This document shows positions 1 to 9,180 of a stretch of 64,000 bases of DNA, one piece after another. The stretch comes from a candidate division WOR-3 bacterium (lineage in GTDB: Bacteria > Hydrothermota > UBA3072). The stretch is taken from NCBI GenBank assembly GCA_016930175.1, contig JAFGHJ010000046.1, positions 1,073 to 65,072 on the forward strand, read 5' to 3'. The position numbers were made by a program, and so were the translations under genes. The notes beneath the pieces are model-generated. The model worked only from the letters and a program-made list of their open reading frames with translations. It had not been told where the DNA came from and did not search any database. Position 1 is the first letter of the stretch. Each line of letters begins with the position of its first letter.

Positions 1-151
1 GGGCTACCAAAAATTGGCGAAAATTGAAAAAAACCAACTCTCATGTAAAAATCTCCTCAATAAATATATATTATATAAAAAAGCTGAAAAGTACTTTACG
101 CTAAATGTCAAGAAAAATCCAAATTTAAAGCTAAAAAAAACAAGAAAATAT

Positions 152-415
152 TTACGCTCTGGGATTTTCTTTGACTTTTTCTATCGCCTCCAAAACAATA
201 GAGGTAACTTTTGAACGAAATCCCGAACTATCCATTCTCGTTTTTACCACAGCGTGCCCGACATCACTGGTTGTATAGAAAGGTTCACATTTAGTTAGAG
301 CCAGAGCAATTATTTCTTCTCTATAAGGCTTGCAATTTGCATAATCAGGATAACTTTCAAAGATATCGCTCAAAATCTCCTCAACCATATTTTCCATGTA
401 ATTTCTTCTGTCCAT
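152..415 (-). CDS. ComFB-like small cysteine-containing protein (late competence development protein ComFB family), orphan
   Basis: 87 aa ORF. The motif NCKPYREEIIALALTKCEPFY resembles the ComFB Cys-x-x-Cys...ALN.LPP.Y core. No neighbouring competence genes. Confidence 0.4.
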   Translation of the reverse strand: MDRRNYMENMVEEILSDIFESYPDYANCKPYREEIIALALTKCEPFYTTSDVGHAVVKTRMDSSGFRSKVTSIVLEAIEKVKENPRA

Positions 416-639
416 GCCCCTTATTATAACAAAAAAAATAAAAAATTCAAGTGCCTATTTTTTAGCCACTAAGACACAAAAACAGTCAATAGTCACTGGT
501 CAAAAAAAATAATAAAATTCGTGCTATTTGTGTGATTTGTTGTTTCTTTCTGGTATTTGAGTGGCAACTCAAGACACATGACTTGTGACTCATGACTATT
601 TTAATGCCTTTGTGGCAATTAATTAATTTCAAATCGGTT

Positions 640-667
640 CTTGACAAAACTCCTTTTTCCTATATAT
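640..667 (+). promoter_or_regulatory. Candidate sigma-70-like promoter for the rplM-rpsI operon (TTGACA, 16 nt spacer, TATATT)
   Basis: TTGACA at 640-645 and TATATT at 662-667, about 55 nt upstream of the rplM start. Sequence only. Confidence 0.3.
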
Positions 668-724
668 TTAAGCCAAGAATTTATATTGAATAAGTTAAAA
701 AGTATAAAATTGAAAGGAGAAAAA

Positions 725-1159
725 ATGAAGACTTTTTCATTGAAGGAGAAAAACATCAAACAAGATTGGTGGATTATAGATGCCAAAGATAAAATTTTAG
801 GGAGATTAGCTTCTAAAGCCGCATCTATATTGAGGGGTAAGCATAAACCCGATTTCACACCTCATCTTGACAACGGCGATTTTGTCATCATAATTAATGC
901 TGATAAAGTAAGACTTACCGGTAAAAAAGAAGAGCAAAAATTGTACAGGAAACACAGCGGTTACCTTGGAGGACTAAAAGAAGTCCCTTTCAAAAAGAAA
1001 AAAGAGAAAGATCCCGAAGGAATAGTAATTGACGCGGTTTATGGTATGTTACCTAAGAACAGACTGGGAAGAAAAATGATAAAGAAATTAAAAGTTTATT
1101 GTGATGAGAAACATCCTCATGAAGCTCAAAAACCAAAGAAATTAGAGGTAGGAGTATAA
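725..1159 (+). CDS. rplM: 50S ribosomal protein L13
   Basis: Translation [30 protein letters not shown]... is the canonical L13 N-terminus. The start is moved from the ORF-track 641 to the ATG at 725, which follows the GAAAGGAGAAAAA RBS. Confidence 0.9.
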   Translation: MKTFSLKEKNIKQDWWIIDAKDKILGRLASKAASILRGKHKPDFTPHLDNGDFVIIINADKVRLTGKKEEQKLYRKHSGYLGGLKEVPFKKKKEKDPEGIVIDAVYGMLPKNRLGRKMIKKLKVYCDEKHPHEAQKPKKLEVGV

Positions 1160-1163
1160 AAAT

Positions 1164-1553
1164 ATGGAAGAAATCACCATTGCAACCGGAAGGAGAAAAA
1201 ACGCAGTAGCAACTTCCCGTTTTTTACCCGGAAGCGGTAAAATTATTGTCAACAAAAAAACGGTAAAAGAATATCTTAAATCAGACCGCCTTGTTTACGA
1301 AGTACGAAAACCGCTTGAAAGAGTCGGTGTCCAAAACGATTTTGATATAAATATCGTAGCAAAAGGCGGAGGCCTTTCAGGACAAGCAGATGCAATAAGG
1401 TACTCAGTCGCTAAGGGCCTTGTTAAAATAAAAGAAGAATACAAAAAGCCATTAAAAGACGCTGGGTTCTTAACAAGAGATGCACGAGTTAAAGAAAGAA
1501 AAAAATATGGACTCCGAAAAGCAAGAAGAGCTTTCCAGCATTCGAAGAGATAG
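1164..1553 (+). CDS. rpsI: 30S ribosomal protein S9
   Basis: 129 aa with a typical S9 body and C-terminal ...AFQHSKR. Immediately follows rplM, the conserved rplM-rpsI pair. Confidence 0.92.
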   Translation: MEEITIATGRRKNAVATSRFLPGSGKIIVNKKTVKEYLKSDRLVYEVRKPLERVGVQNDFDINIVAKGGGLSGQADAIRYSVAKGLVKIKEEYKKPLKDAGFLTRDARVKERKKYGLRKARRAFQHSKR

Positions 1554-1562
1554 GAGGATATA

Positions 1563-2291
1563 GTGGCACTACAATTTAAAGATCTTTTAGACGCAAGAGC
1601 ACATTTCGGACATAAAAGAAGAAACTGGAACCCAAAAATGGAACCTTATATCTACACAGAAAAAGATGGTTTACATATAATCGATCTTCGGAAATCTGTA
1701 GAATTATTAAAAGACGCCTACCGTATTGTATCCAATATTGCAGCAAAAGGAGGAGAATTTCTATTCGTAGGTACAAAAAAGCAGGCGCAGAATATAATAG
1801 AAGAAGCAGCAAAAAGAGTCAACGCCGCTTACGTTAAAGAACGATGGTTGGGTGGAACTCTCACAAACTTTAGCGTAATACGGAATAGTATCAATAAGTA
1901 TAACGAACTTTGCGAGCAGATAGAAAAAGAAGATTTCAAGGAGTTACAGTCAAAAACGCAAAGTCGTCTTCTAAGACAAAGAAACAAGATGAAAAAACAT
2001 TTTGATGGAATCCAGAATATGGAGAAAACACCTGATTTATTGTATGTAATAGACGTAAAACAGGAAGAGATTGCAATAAAAGAAGCTAATCTATTAGAAA
2101 TACCGGTTGTTGCAATAATAGATACTAATTCCGATCCCGAAATGGTAGATTATCCAATACCGGCAAATGACGATGCTATTGAGTCAATAAAACTAATAAC
2201 AAATATAATTGAGACAGCTATCATTGAAGGTAGAAAAAGATTCGACGAAGAACAGCAAATCAAAGAAAAAGAAGAAGTAAAAGAAAAATAA
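1563..2291 (+). CDS. rpsB: 30S ribosomal protein S2 (GTG start)
   Basis: MALQFKDLLDARAHFGHKRRNWNPKM... is the S2 signature. GTG start preceded by GATAGGAGGATA. Confidence 0.95.
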   Translation: MALQFKDLLDARAHFGHKRRNWNPKMEPYIYTEKDGLHIIDLRKSVELLKDAYRIVSNIAAKGGEFLFVGTKKQAQNIIEEAAKRVNAAYVKERWLGGTLTNFSVIRNSINKYNELCEQIEKEDFKELQSKTQSRLLRQRNKMKKHFDGIQNMEKTPDLLYVIDVKQEEIAIKEANLLEIPVVAIIDTNSDPEMVDYPIPANDDAIESIKLITNIIETAIIEGRKRFDEEQQIKEKEEVKEK

Positions 2292-2338
2292 AAATCCCTT
2301 GTCAAAAAATCTATAATAATTATTAAGAGGAGGTTCTT

Positions 2339-2938
2339 GTGGCTTCTGAAGTTGATATTACACTCATCAAGGAATTAAGAGCAAAAACAAACGCAGGTGT
2401 ACTGGATTGCAAAAATGCGTTGGCCGAATCAAAAGGCGATATTAAAGAAGCAATTAAAATCTTAAGAGAAAGAGGAATTGCAGAAGCAGCAAAAAAGATG
2501 GGGAGGTCTGCTAAAGAAGGCGTTATATATGCTTATATTCATCCCGGAGATCAAAAAGCCGGAGTGGTTGAATTAAATTGTGAAACTGATTTTGTTGCCA
2601 GAACCGATGAATTTAAAAATCTTGCGAAGGAAATCGCAATGCAAGTAGTTGCCTTCAATCCTATCTCGGTAGATAGAGAATCAGTGCCTGAAGAAGTACT
2701 AAAAGAAGAAAGAGCCATCTATGAAGAACAAGTAAAAAGAATGAACAAACCCGAAAAAATCCAAGAGAATATTATTGCCAACAAGCTTGAAAAATTTTAT
2801 AGTGAAGTAGTTCTATTGGAACAGAAATACTACAAGGACCCGTCAATGACTATAGGTGACCTGATAAAGGAAAAAATATCCGTTATTGGGGAAAATATAG
2901 TCGTAAAAAGATTCCAAAGGTTCCAGGTTGGAGAGTAA
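2339..2938 (+). CDS. tsf: Translation elongation factor Ts (short form, GTG start)
   Basis: 199 aa with the EF-Ts UBA-like N-terminus (ITLIKELRAKTNAGVLDCKNALAES) and the ETDFVA motif. Strong AAGAGGAGG RBS. Confidence 0.93.
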   Translation: MASEVDITLIKELRAKTNAGVLDCKNALAESKGDIKEAIKILRERGIAEAAKKMGRSAKEGVIYAYIHPGDQKAGVVELNCETDFVARTDEFKNLAKEIAMQVVAFNPISVDRESVPEEVLKEERAIYEEQVKRMNKPEKIQENIIANKLEKFYSEVVLLEQKYYKDPSMTIGDLIKEKISVIGENIVVKRFQRFQVGE

Positions 2939-3662
2939 GCCTAAATACCAAAGGATATTAATAAAATTAAGCGGAGAATTTCTTAAAAGTAAAGAAGAAG
3001 TTATTTCCTTTGAGAAATTGAGCCTCTTCGCTGAGGATATAAAACACCTCCACAAAAAAGGAGTCGAAATAGGGATAGTTGTGGGCGGCGGTAATATCTT
3101 AAGAGGATTAGAAGGTTCAAAAAAGCACCAAATATCATCTGCGGAACTGGACGAATTAGGAATGATAGCAACTATGATAAACGGTGGCGCTCTTTCTTTA
3201 GCCCTCAAAAAAATTAAAATACCTAACTCTATTCTCTCCGCAATACCAATTTCGCCCTCTGTAGGAGATCAATTTAACATACATAAAGCATTAAAATTAC
3301 TTGCGGAACGCAATGTTTTAATTTTTGTCGGAGGAACAAGCAATCCCTTTTTCACAACTGATACAGCTGCTGTTCTCCGTGCTCTACAGATTAAAGCTGA
3401 CGTACTGATTAAATCTACAAATGTGAAAGGAATTTATGATAAGGATCCAAACAAATTTCCTGACGCAAGATTTTACAAAGAGATTACTTACATAAAGGCA
3501 TTAAACCAAGATTTAAAAATAATGGACTTAACCGCATTTTCTCTGGCAATGAATCACAACTTACCTATAATTGTATTCAACGGGGAAGTCAAAAGTAATT
3601 TAAGAAAGGTATTTCTTGGGAAAAACGTTGGAACTATCATTAAAGGAGGAAACAATGGATAA
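2928..3662 (+). CDS. pyrH: UMP kinase (TTG start, overlaps tsf 3' end)
   Basis: ILIKLSGEFL...VVGGGNILRG... are the amino-acid kinase family motifs of PyrH. Confidence 0.92.
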   Translation: MESKPKYQRILIKLSGEFLKSKEEVISFEKLSLFAEDIKHLHKKGVEIGIVVGGGNILRGLEGSKKHQISSAELDELGMIATMINGGALSLALKKIKIPNSILSAIPISPSVGDQFNIHKALKLLAERNVLIFVGGTSNPFFTTDTAAVLRALQIKADVLIKSTNVKGIYDKDPNKFPDARFYKEITYIKALNQDLKIMDLTAFSLAMNHNLPIIVFNGEVKSNLRKVFLGKNVGTIIKGGNNG

Positions 3663-4212
3663 GGTACTCAAGAAACAAATGGTTGAAAAAATGGAAAAAA
3701 CATTCTCAATAGTTTCAGAAGAATTCGCCAACATAAAAACGGGAAGAGCTTCTCCGGCTCTTATAGAAGGCATCAAAGTTGAATATTATGGTACAAAAAC
3801 ACCCTTAAATCAACTTGCTTCGATTACAATTCCAGAAGCACATCTCATCGTAATTCATCCATTTGATGAAAAAGCTATAGAAAATATAGAAAAAGCTATA
3901 ATATCCTCAGATTTAGGAATGAATCCTTCCAATGACGGGTCGGTGCTCCGTATTCCCATCCCCCCGCTTACAGACGAGAGAAGAGAGGAATTAAAAAAGC
4001 TGGTCAACCGCCTCGCAGAAGAAGGAAAAGTGTCTCTCCGGAACATAAGAAGAGATGCAATAAAAGATATTCAGGATATAGCAAAAGAAGGTAAAATATC
4101 AAAAGACGACGAATTAAGATTCAAGGACGAAGTTCAAAAAATCACTGATCACTTTACCGACAAAATTAAAGATATTCTTATAAAGAAAGAAAAAGAAATT
4201 CTTAATGGCTAA
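3655..4212 (+). CDS. frr: Ribosome recycling factor
   Basis: MDKVLKKQMVEKMEKTF...IKTGRASPALIEGIKVEYYG is the RRF signature. Start moved to the ATG at 3655 behind an AGGAGG RBS; the ORF-track start at 3616 adds a non-conserved extension. Confidence 0.9.
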   Translation: MDKVLKKQMVEKMEKTFSIVSEEFANIKTGRASPALIEGIKVEYYGTKTPLNQLASITIPEAHLIVIHPFDEKAIENIEKAIISSDLGMNPSNDGSVLRIPIPPLTDERREELKKLVNRLAEEGKVSLRNIRRDAIKDIQDIAKEGKISKDDELRFKDEVQKITDHFTDKIKDILIKKEKEILNG

Positions 4213-4894
4213 AGAAAATATCCCTACCCATATTGCAATAATAATGGATGGGAACGGCAGATGGGCACAAGAAAAAAATCTGCCACGATTACAGGGCCAT
4301 CTAGCCGGAGTCAACGCCGTAAGAAGAGTGACTGAATATTGTCAGGAATTTAAAATTAAGTATCTGACTCTGTACGCTTTCTCTCGTGAGAACTGGGACA
4401 GACCAAAAGAAGAAGTAGAAGGATTAATGTCCCTTTTTTCCAAAGTAATAAGAGAAGAAATAAACGAATTAAAGAAAAATAGAATTAGAGTAAGATTTTT
4501 GGGGAAAATCAACGAGTTGCCTCCTGATGTTAAAAAATCAGCATTATGGATTCAGGAACAGACTAAAAACTTAGAGAAATTGAACCTCATACTGGCCTTT
4601 AACTACAGCGGAAGGTCGGAAATAATAGAAGCAGCAAATAAAGCTATCGAAATGGGTAAAAAGATAACGGAAGAAACTTTTAGGAATTTTTTATTTTTAC
4701 CTGATGTTCCCGACCCAGACCTGTTCATAAGAACCAGCGGAGAGCTGCGTATCTCGAACTTTCTACTTTACCAAATTGCTTATACAGAGTTATTTTTTAC
4801 CGAAGAACTCTGGCCGGATTTTAACAAAGATCAATTTATGAAAGCTATAAGATCTTATCAAAAGAGGGAAAGAAGATTCGGGACCATTCAATAG
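4205..4894 (+). CDS. uppS: Undecaprenyl-diphosphate synthase (cis-prenyltransferase)
   Basis: HIAIIMDGNGRWA... and the FSRENWDRP motif are UPP synthase hallmarks. Confidence 0.92.
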   Translation: MAKENIPTHIAIIMDGNGRWAQEKNLPRLQGHLAGVNAVRRVTEYCQEFKIKYLTLYAFSRENWDRPKEEVEGLMSLFSKVIREEINELKKNRIRVRFLGKINELPPDVKKSALWIQEQTKNLEKLNLILAFNYSGRSEIIEAANKAIEMGKKITEETFRNFLFLPDVPDPDLFIRTSGELRISNFLLYQIAYTELFFTEELWPDFNKDQFMKAIRSYQKRERRFGTIQ

Positions 4895-5742
4895 ATTTAA
4901 TACGTCGCTGGATAACGGCAATACTTTTTATACCTGCACTTGTCATTATTGCAAGGTCCGGTGGATTATATTTTTTAATTCTTGTAGAATTAGGTATTTT
5001 TCTCGGTGTATATGAATTCTGCGACATACTCAGAGAAAGAGGTTTAACACCTTATAAATCACTTGCTATAGTTTCCTCAATGATATTAGGTCTGAATGCT
5101 TACTTCCAAAGCCACCTCTTTACCGTTATTACAATTACAGCACTGGTTATTGTTGTGGCTTTCGCAGAACTTTTCAGACGAAAAAAAGAAGAAGCGATAT
5201 TTCATTTGTCCGGTACAGTATTTGGAGTAATTTATGTTGGCTGGTTATTCAGCCACCTCATACTTTTAAGTCAAATGCCTGAAGTCCTGGAGCCTTTCAC
5301 TTATAAAAATATTTTTGGTATACCGATACGTTTGGGTACGAGCCTTGCGTTGTTGCCATTTGTTCTCACCTGGTCTAACGATTCGGCGGCTTTTTTCGTT
5401 GGAAGAAAATTTGGTAAGACAAAATTCTTCCCGGTAATCTCACCTAAAAAAACCTGGGAAGGTGTAATGGGAGGAGCATTCGCCGCAATTCTCTCAGCTT
5501 TCATTTACCACTACTTATACGCATCCTATCTATCATGGTTCGACTGCGTAACTCTTGGTATCACGGTAGGAATTGTTGCTCCTATAGGCGATTTAGTAGA
5601 GTCAATGATAAAAAGAGACGTCAAAATAAAGGACGCTTCCGCTATAATTCCCGGACATGGAGGATTTCTTGATAGATTCGACTCATTACTTTTTACTGCT
5701 CCTCTTATATACTACTATATTAGATTTTTCGCGGTAAAATGA
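4876..5742 (+). CDS. cdsA: Phosphatidate cytidylyltransferase (CDP-diglyceride synthase); start codon uncertain, probably non-AUG (ATT at 4876 or ATA at 4900)
   Basis: The conserved CdsA N-terminal transmembrane region (..IRRWITAILFIPALVIIARSGG..) is encoded in frame from about 4894, upstream of the first ATG at 5080. There is no ATG, GTG or TTG between the in-frame stop at 4822 and 5080. ATT at 4876 lies 7 nt after an AGAGGG Shine-Dalgarno. C-terminal CTP_transf_1 motifs are present (WSNDSAAFFVGRKFGKTK, KTWEG). Confidence 0.8.
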   Translation: MRDHSIDLIRRWITAILFIPALVIIARSGGLYFLILVELGIFLGVYEFCDILRERGLTPYKSLAIVSSMILGLNAYFQSHLFTVITITALVIVVAFAELFRRKKEEAIFHLSGTVFGVIYVGWLFSHLILLSQMPEVLEPFTYKNIFGIPIRLGTSLALLPFVLTWSNDSAAFFVGRKFGKTKFFPVISPKKTWEGVMGGAFAAILSAFIYHYLYASYLSWFDCVTLGITVGIVAPIGDLVESMIKRDVKIKDASAIIPGHGGFLDRFDSLLFTAPLIYYYIRFFAVK

Positions 5743-6872
5743 AGAACGTTGCTATACTGGGGTCAACAGGTTCTATAGGCAGGAATACTCTAAAGGTAAT
5801 AAAAAACCTTAAAGATTTTAACGTATCTGCTCTATTCGGAGGAAATAATATCTCCCTCCTTACCGAGCAGGCTGAAGAATTCAAAGTTGAATACGTCGGC
5901 AGTTTTTTCGAAAAAAATAAAGAAGAACTGAAAAAAAAGTTAAAAAATAATTTTAAGATATTAATAGGTCATGAAGAAGCAGATTTTATATATGAAAATT
6001 CGGAAATAGACGTAATAGTGATAGCAACAGCCGGAATATCCTCTTACAAAGCTTTAATCAAAGGTCTGGAAAACGGAAAAAGAATATGTACAGCAAATAA
6101 AGAAACTCTTGTCGCATTTTCTCCTATTCTTAAAAAAAAGTTAAAAAGTCTTCCGGGAGAATTGGTTCCTATTGACAGCGAACATTCAGCAATATACCAG
6201 ATTCTATCTAAAGCAAAAAGAAACAACATAGAAAAGATAATAATAACGGCTTCAGGAGGACCATTTTATAACAGAAATGATTTAAGTAGTATAACTCCGA
6301 AAGAGGCCCTAAATCATCCTACATGGGAAATGGGAAAAAAGGTAACCATCGATTCCGCAACCTTAATGAATAAAGGACTTGAAATCATCGAAGCTTCCGT
6401 CTTCTTCGACCTTGGGTGCGAAGATATTGAAGTTATAATACATCCGGAATCTATAATCCACGGAATGGTAGAATTCAAGGACGGCTCAATTATTTCACAA
6501 ATGTCCATCCCCGACATGAAAATACCAATTCAATTCGCTCTTACTAATCCTGATAGAGAAAATTTCCCGGCAAAAAGATTAAATCTAAAAGACATAAGTT
6601 CCCTAAATTTCAAAGAAATAGACCAGAAGAGATTTCCACTTATACCTCTTTGCTACAAAGCTTTACGCGAAGGGGGAACTCTTCCCGCTGTTTTAGTAGG
6701 TGCGGATGAAGTCGCTGTCGATAGATTTCTAAAAGGAGAAATATCTTTTAAAAATATTACAGATACAATTGTCAAAGTAACAAAATCGCATAAAATAAAT
6801 AAAAATCCAGGAGAAAAAGAAATTATGGAAGCAATTAATTGGGCAAGAGAAGAAGCCCGGAGGTTAATGTAA
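5739..6872 (+). CDS. dxr: 1-deoxy-D-xylulose 5-phosphate reductoisomerase
   Basis: 377 aa, MKNVAILGSTGSIGRNTLKVI... NADPH-binding N-terminus. Conserved position after cdsA. Confidence 0.93.
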   Translation: MKNVAILGSTGSIGRNTLKVIKNLKDFNVSALFGGNNISLLTEQAEEFKVEYVGSFFEKNKEELKKKLKNNFKILIGHEEADFIYENSEIDVIVIATAGISSYKALIKGLENGKRICTANKETLVAFSPILKKKLKSLPGELVPIDSEHSAIYQILSKAKRNNIEKIIITASGGPFYNRNDLSSITPKEALNHPTWEMGKKVTIDSATLMNKGLEIIEASVFFDLGCEDIEVIIHPESIIHGMVEFKDGSIISQMSIPDMKIPIQFALTNPDRENFPAKRLNLKDISSLNFKEIDQKRFPLIPLCYKALREGGTLPAVLVGADEVAVDRFLKGEISFKNITDTIVKVTKSHKINKNPGEKEIMEAINWAREEARRLM

Positions 6873-8138
6873 ATGTTTTTAGGTATAATCGCGGCACTTA
6901 TAGCTTTAAGCGTTATGGTTTTTGTTCATGAATTTTTCCATTTAATTGTAGCCAAATTGTCAAAAATGGGCGCCCCTATCTTCTCCATAGGTCTTGGTCC
7001 AAAATTATTTTCTTTTTATAAATGGGGTGAAACCGAATTCAGGGTTTCTGCAATACCTTTTGGTGGCTATGTAGAAATAAAAGGAATGGATCCGGAACAA
7101 ATTAAAGGTGAAGAGGACGAATTTTATTCAAGGAACGTCTTACAAAAAACGGGAGTCGTTTTTGCGGGACCTTTTTCAAATTTTGCGCTAGGATTTCTAA
7201 TATTTCTGTTTATTTTATTATTTAACGGTTTTGAAGTGCCGTCAACTACAACAATAAGTGATGCAAATAAAGCCAGCAATCTTTTGCCGAACGATGAAAT
7301 TTTTGAAATTGACGGGAAGGAAGTTACCAACTGGTTCGAAATAACATCAAGAATACAACAGGATTCCAAGATCCTGGTAAACCGGGATGGAAAAGAAACA
7401 GAAATAGTAGTTGACACTCTAATTACAGATTCGTTAATTCCTTTCATATCACCGGTAGTGGGCAACGTAATTAAAGGTTTACCCGCCGACAAAGCGAGTA
7501 TAAAAAAGGGCGACCGGATAACCAAAATTCAAGATAAATCTATAAACAGCTGGGAAGACATAACTAATCTAATCCATCCTGCGGCAGAGGAAACACTGAA
7601 CGTCGTTTACCTATCTGGTACAGATACAATAAAAACAAAAATAGTGCCTGAAAAACAAAAAACCATAGAAGGCGATTCAATAACGTATATAGGGCTTATT
7701 GGAATAGAAGCGCCCACAAAAAAAATGAGAATTAGTACATTAGAGGCATTTCCATTAGCATGGCAACAAAGTTATAGAACTGCTTCATTAATTTTCAACT
7801 CATTTACATGGTTATTTCAGAGAAAAGTTTCACCGAAAGAACTAGCAGGACCTGTTGGTATTATAATGATTACGAAAAAATCAATGGATCGTGGATTTAT
7901 TGCACTTTTAATGTTTGTCGGACTTATAACAATCAATCTTGCTATAGTCAATCTAATTCCGATACCACCTTTGGACGGATTTCATATTATAATGTCCCTG
8001 GCTACTTTCAACTCTAGAAAACCTCCCTCCAAAACACTGCTTAAAATAGTTCAAACGGTCGGTACCATTGTACTTTTTTCTCTTATGGCTTTGCTAATAT
8101 TTAACGATGTAATAAAAGGAATCCAGGGAAAATTCTAA
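6873..8138 (+). CDS. rseP: RIP zinc metalloprotease RseP (site-2 protease, PDZ-containing)
   Basis: 421 aa, HEFFH zinc motif in TM1, a central PDZ-like region and a C-terminal LDGF motif. Conserved position after dxr. Confidence 0.9.
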   Translation: MFLGIIAALIALSVMVFVHEFFHLIVAKLSKMGAPIFSIGLGPKLFSFYKWGETEFRVSAIPFGGYVEIKGMDPEQIKGEEDEFYSRNVLQKTGVVFAGPFSNFALGFLIFLFILLFNGFEVPSTTTISDANKASNLLPNDEIFEIDGKEVTNWFEITSRIQQDSKILVNRDGKETEIVVDTLITDSLIPFISPVVGNVIKGLPADKASIKKGDRITKIQDKSINSWEDITNLIHPAAEETLNVVYLSGTDTIKTKIVPEKQKTIEGDSITYIGLIGIEAPTKKMRISTLEAFPLAWQQSYRTASLIFNSFTWLFQRKVSPKELAGPVGIIMITKKSMDRGFIALLMFVGLITINLAIVNLIPIPPLDGFHIIMSLATFNSRKPPSKTLLKIVQTVGTIVLFSLMALLIFNDVIKGIQGKF

Positions 8139-8142
8139 TAAT

Positions 8143-8215
8143 ATGGCTGTTAGCTATTGGCTTTTCGCCTTTAGCTTCAATATAATTTTATAAAAGGCTA
8201 ATAGCCAACATTCAA
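8143..8215 (+). repeat. Intergenic repeat/hairpin element downstream of rseP; related copies lie at 40722-40755 and, inverted, at 40826-40836
   Basis: GCTATTGGCTTTTCGCCTTTAGCTT here versus GCTATTGGCTTTTTGACGTTTGCCTTTAGCTT at 40722. GCTGTTAGCTA recurs inverted at 40826. Segments 8149-8161 and 8199-8212 can pair in 12 of 13 positions. Confidence 0.4.
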
Positions 8216-8279
8216 AAGCGAAGAGTTAAGTTCTTGATATTTTAATTTCACATTTTTGCGGCTTTGCCGAAATATGATC

Positions 8280-8307
8280 TTGACTTTTACTATTAAAAAA
8301 CTATTAT
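8280..8307 (+). promoter_or_regulatory. Candidate promoter (TTGACT, 16 nt spacer, TATTAT) driving the cobalamin riboswitch
   Basis: Near-consensus -35/-10 hexamers at 8280-8285 and 8302-8307, immediately upstream of the riboswitch. Confidence 0.45.
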
Positions 8308-8314
8308 AATAATG

Positions 8315-8470
8315 AATAGCTAAGGGAAAGCGGTTAGAATCCGCTACAGCCCCGCTACTGTATTTGGCAACGAAAACTGCCAAGTTACCACTGGATTTAT
8401 TCCGGGAAGGTGCAGTGAGTAGGCCGGCCATAAGTCAGGAGACCTTCTATTTACAAGTACTCCGAGGGGA
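8315..8470 (+). promoter_or_regulatory. Cobalamin (adenosylcobalamin/B12) riboswitch
   Basis: Conserved AGGGAAAGCGGUUAGAAUCC...CAGCCCCGCUACUGU, then GCCACUGG...CGGGAAGG, then the B12 box AAGUCAGGAGACC. These are recalled hallmarks of the cobalamin riboswitch family (Rfam RF00174). A GAGGGGAG Shine-Dalgarno lies directly downstream. Confidence 0.8.
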
Positions 8471-8477
8471 GAAAACA

Positions 8478-8996
8478 ATAGATAAACTAAAAGAAATATC
8501 GTATGTAACAATATTTACAGCATTGGCTTTAGGCTTAGGGTACGCATTTGCACTTATCCCTAATTTTGAGCTTGTTTCTCCTACTGTTTTCCTATCAGGA
8601 GCACTATTTGGTATACGAACAGGTACAATGGTGGGAATTCTCACATATTTTATTTTCGGTTTACTAAATCCTTTTGGTATGTCTCCACTACCTCTGCTCT
8701 TGACACAGGTAATTGTGGGCGCCCTGTTGGGATTATCCGGAGGATTTTGCTATAAAAAAAGATGGAATAAAGCACACGTCATTCTACCTCTAGGCATCTT
8801 AATCACGCTTTTTTCTGATATACTAACTACATCGGCAGGGTTCATTTTATTCCCGACCAAAAAGAGCTTTCTGGCTTACTTTATTCTGGGACTGCCTTTT
8901 GTTATATGGCACGTCTTCACTCAGGGGATAATTTACGGTTTTGTTTTACCCCCAACAATTCAAAAAATCCAAAAAAGAAAAATAAACCACGGATGA
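8478..8996 (+). CDS. B12-riboswitch-controlled small polytopic membrane protein (about 6 TM; possible vitamin-uptake S-component/BtuM-like); start uncertain (ATA 8478 or TTG 8523)
   Basis: The ORF-track ATG at 8364 lies inside the riboswitch aptamer and cannot be the real start. After the aptamer there is no in-frame ATG before TM1. ATA at 8478 lies 6 nt after the GAGGGGAG SD and TTG is at 8523. The product is hydrophobic with glycine-rich TM helices. Confidence 0.55.
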   Translation: MDKLKEISYVTIFTALALGLGYAFALIPNFELVSPTVFLSGALFGIRTGTMVGILTYFIFGLLNPFGMSPLPLLLTQVIVGALLGLSGGFCYKKRWNKAHVILPLGILITLFSDILTTSAGFILFPTKKSFLAYFILGLPFVIWHVFTQGIIYGFVLPPTIQKIQKRKINHG

Positions 8997-9007
8997 ACAC
9001 GGATAAA

Positions 9008-9060
9008 CCCCACCCAACACACAGGAATAGGACGCAGATGAACGCAGATAAGCAGGATTT
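9008..9060 (+). repeat. Repeat copy 1: C-rich tract then GGACGCAGATGAACGCAGAT-AAGCAGGATTT
   Basis: Near-identical to 11301-11360, with one mismatch in the 20-mer core. An additional inverted 8-mer ATCTGCGT sits at 9144-9151. Confidence 0.5.
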
Positions 9061-9180
9061 AATTTTAAGTTGCTTTAATAAAATAAAAGAAACAGTGGAT
9101 CTGGGTGTTAATCTTAATATATCTGAGACAATCTGCGTGCTAATAAAATTTAATCAATGGCTAATTAAAAAGGAGGTTTT

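Noticed and set aside
1576-1812. 78 aa minus-strand ORF
   Set aside because: It lies antisense inside rpsB. Leucine-rich composition marks it as a shadow ORF.
8364-8477. The ORF-track start (ATG 8364) for the 210 aa membrane protein
   Set aside because: The first 38 codons overlap the cobalamin riboswitch aptamer, including the B12 box. An aptamer inside the coding sequence is implausible, so the start was moved downstream (8478 or 8523).
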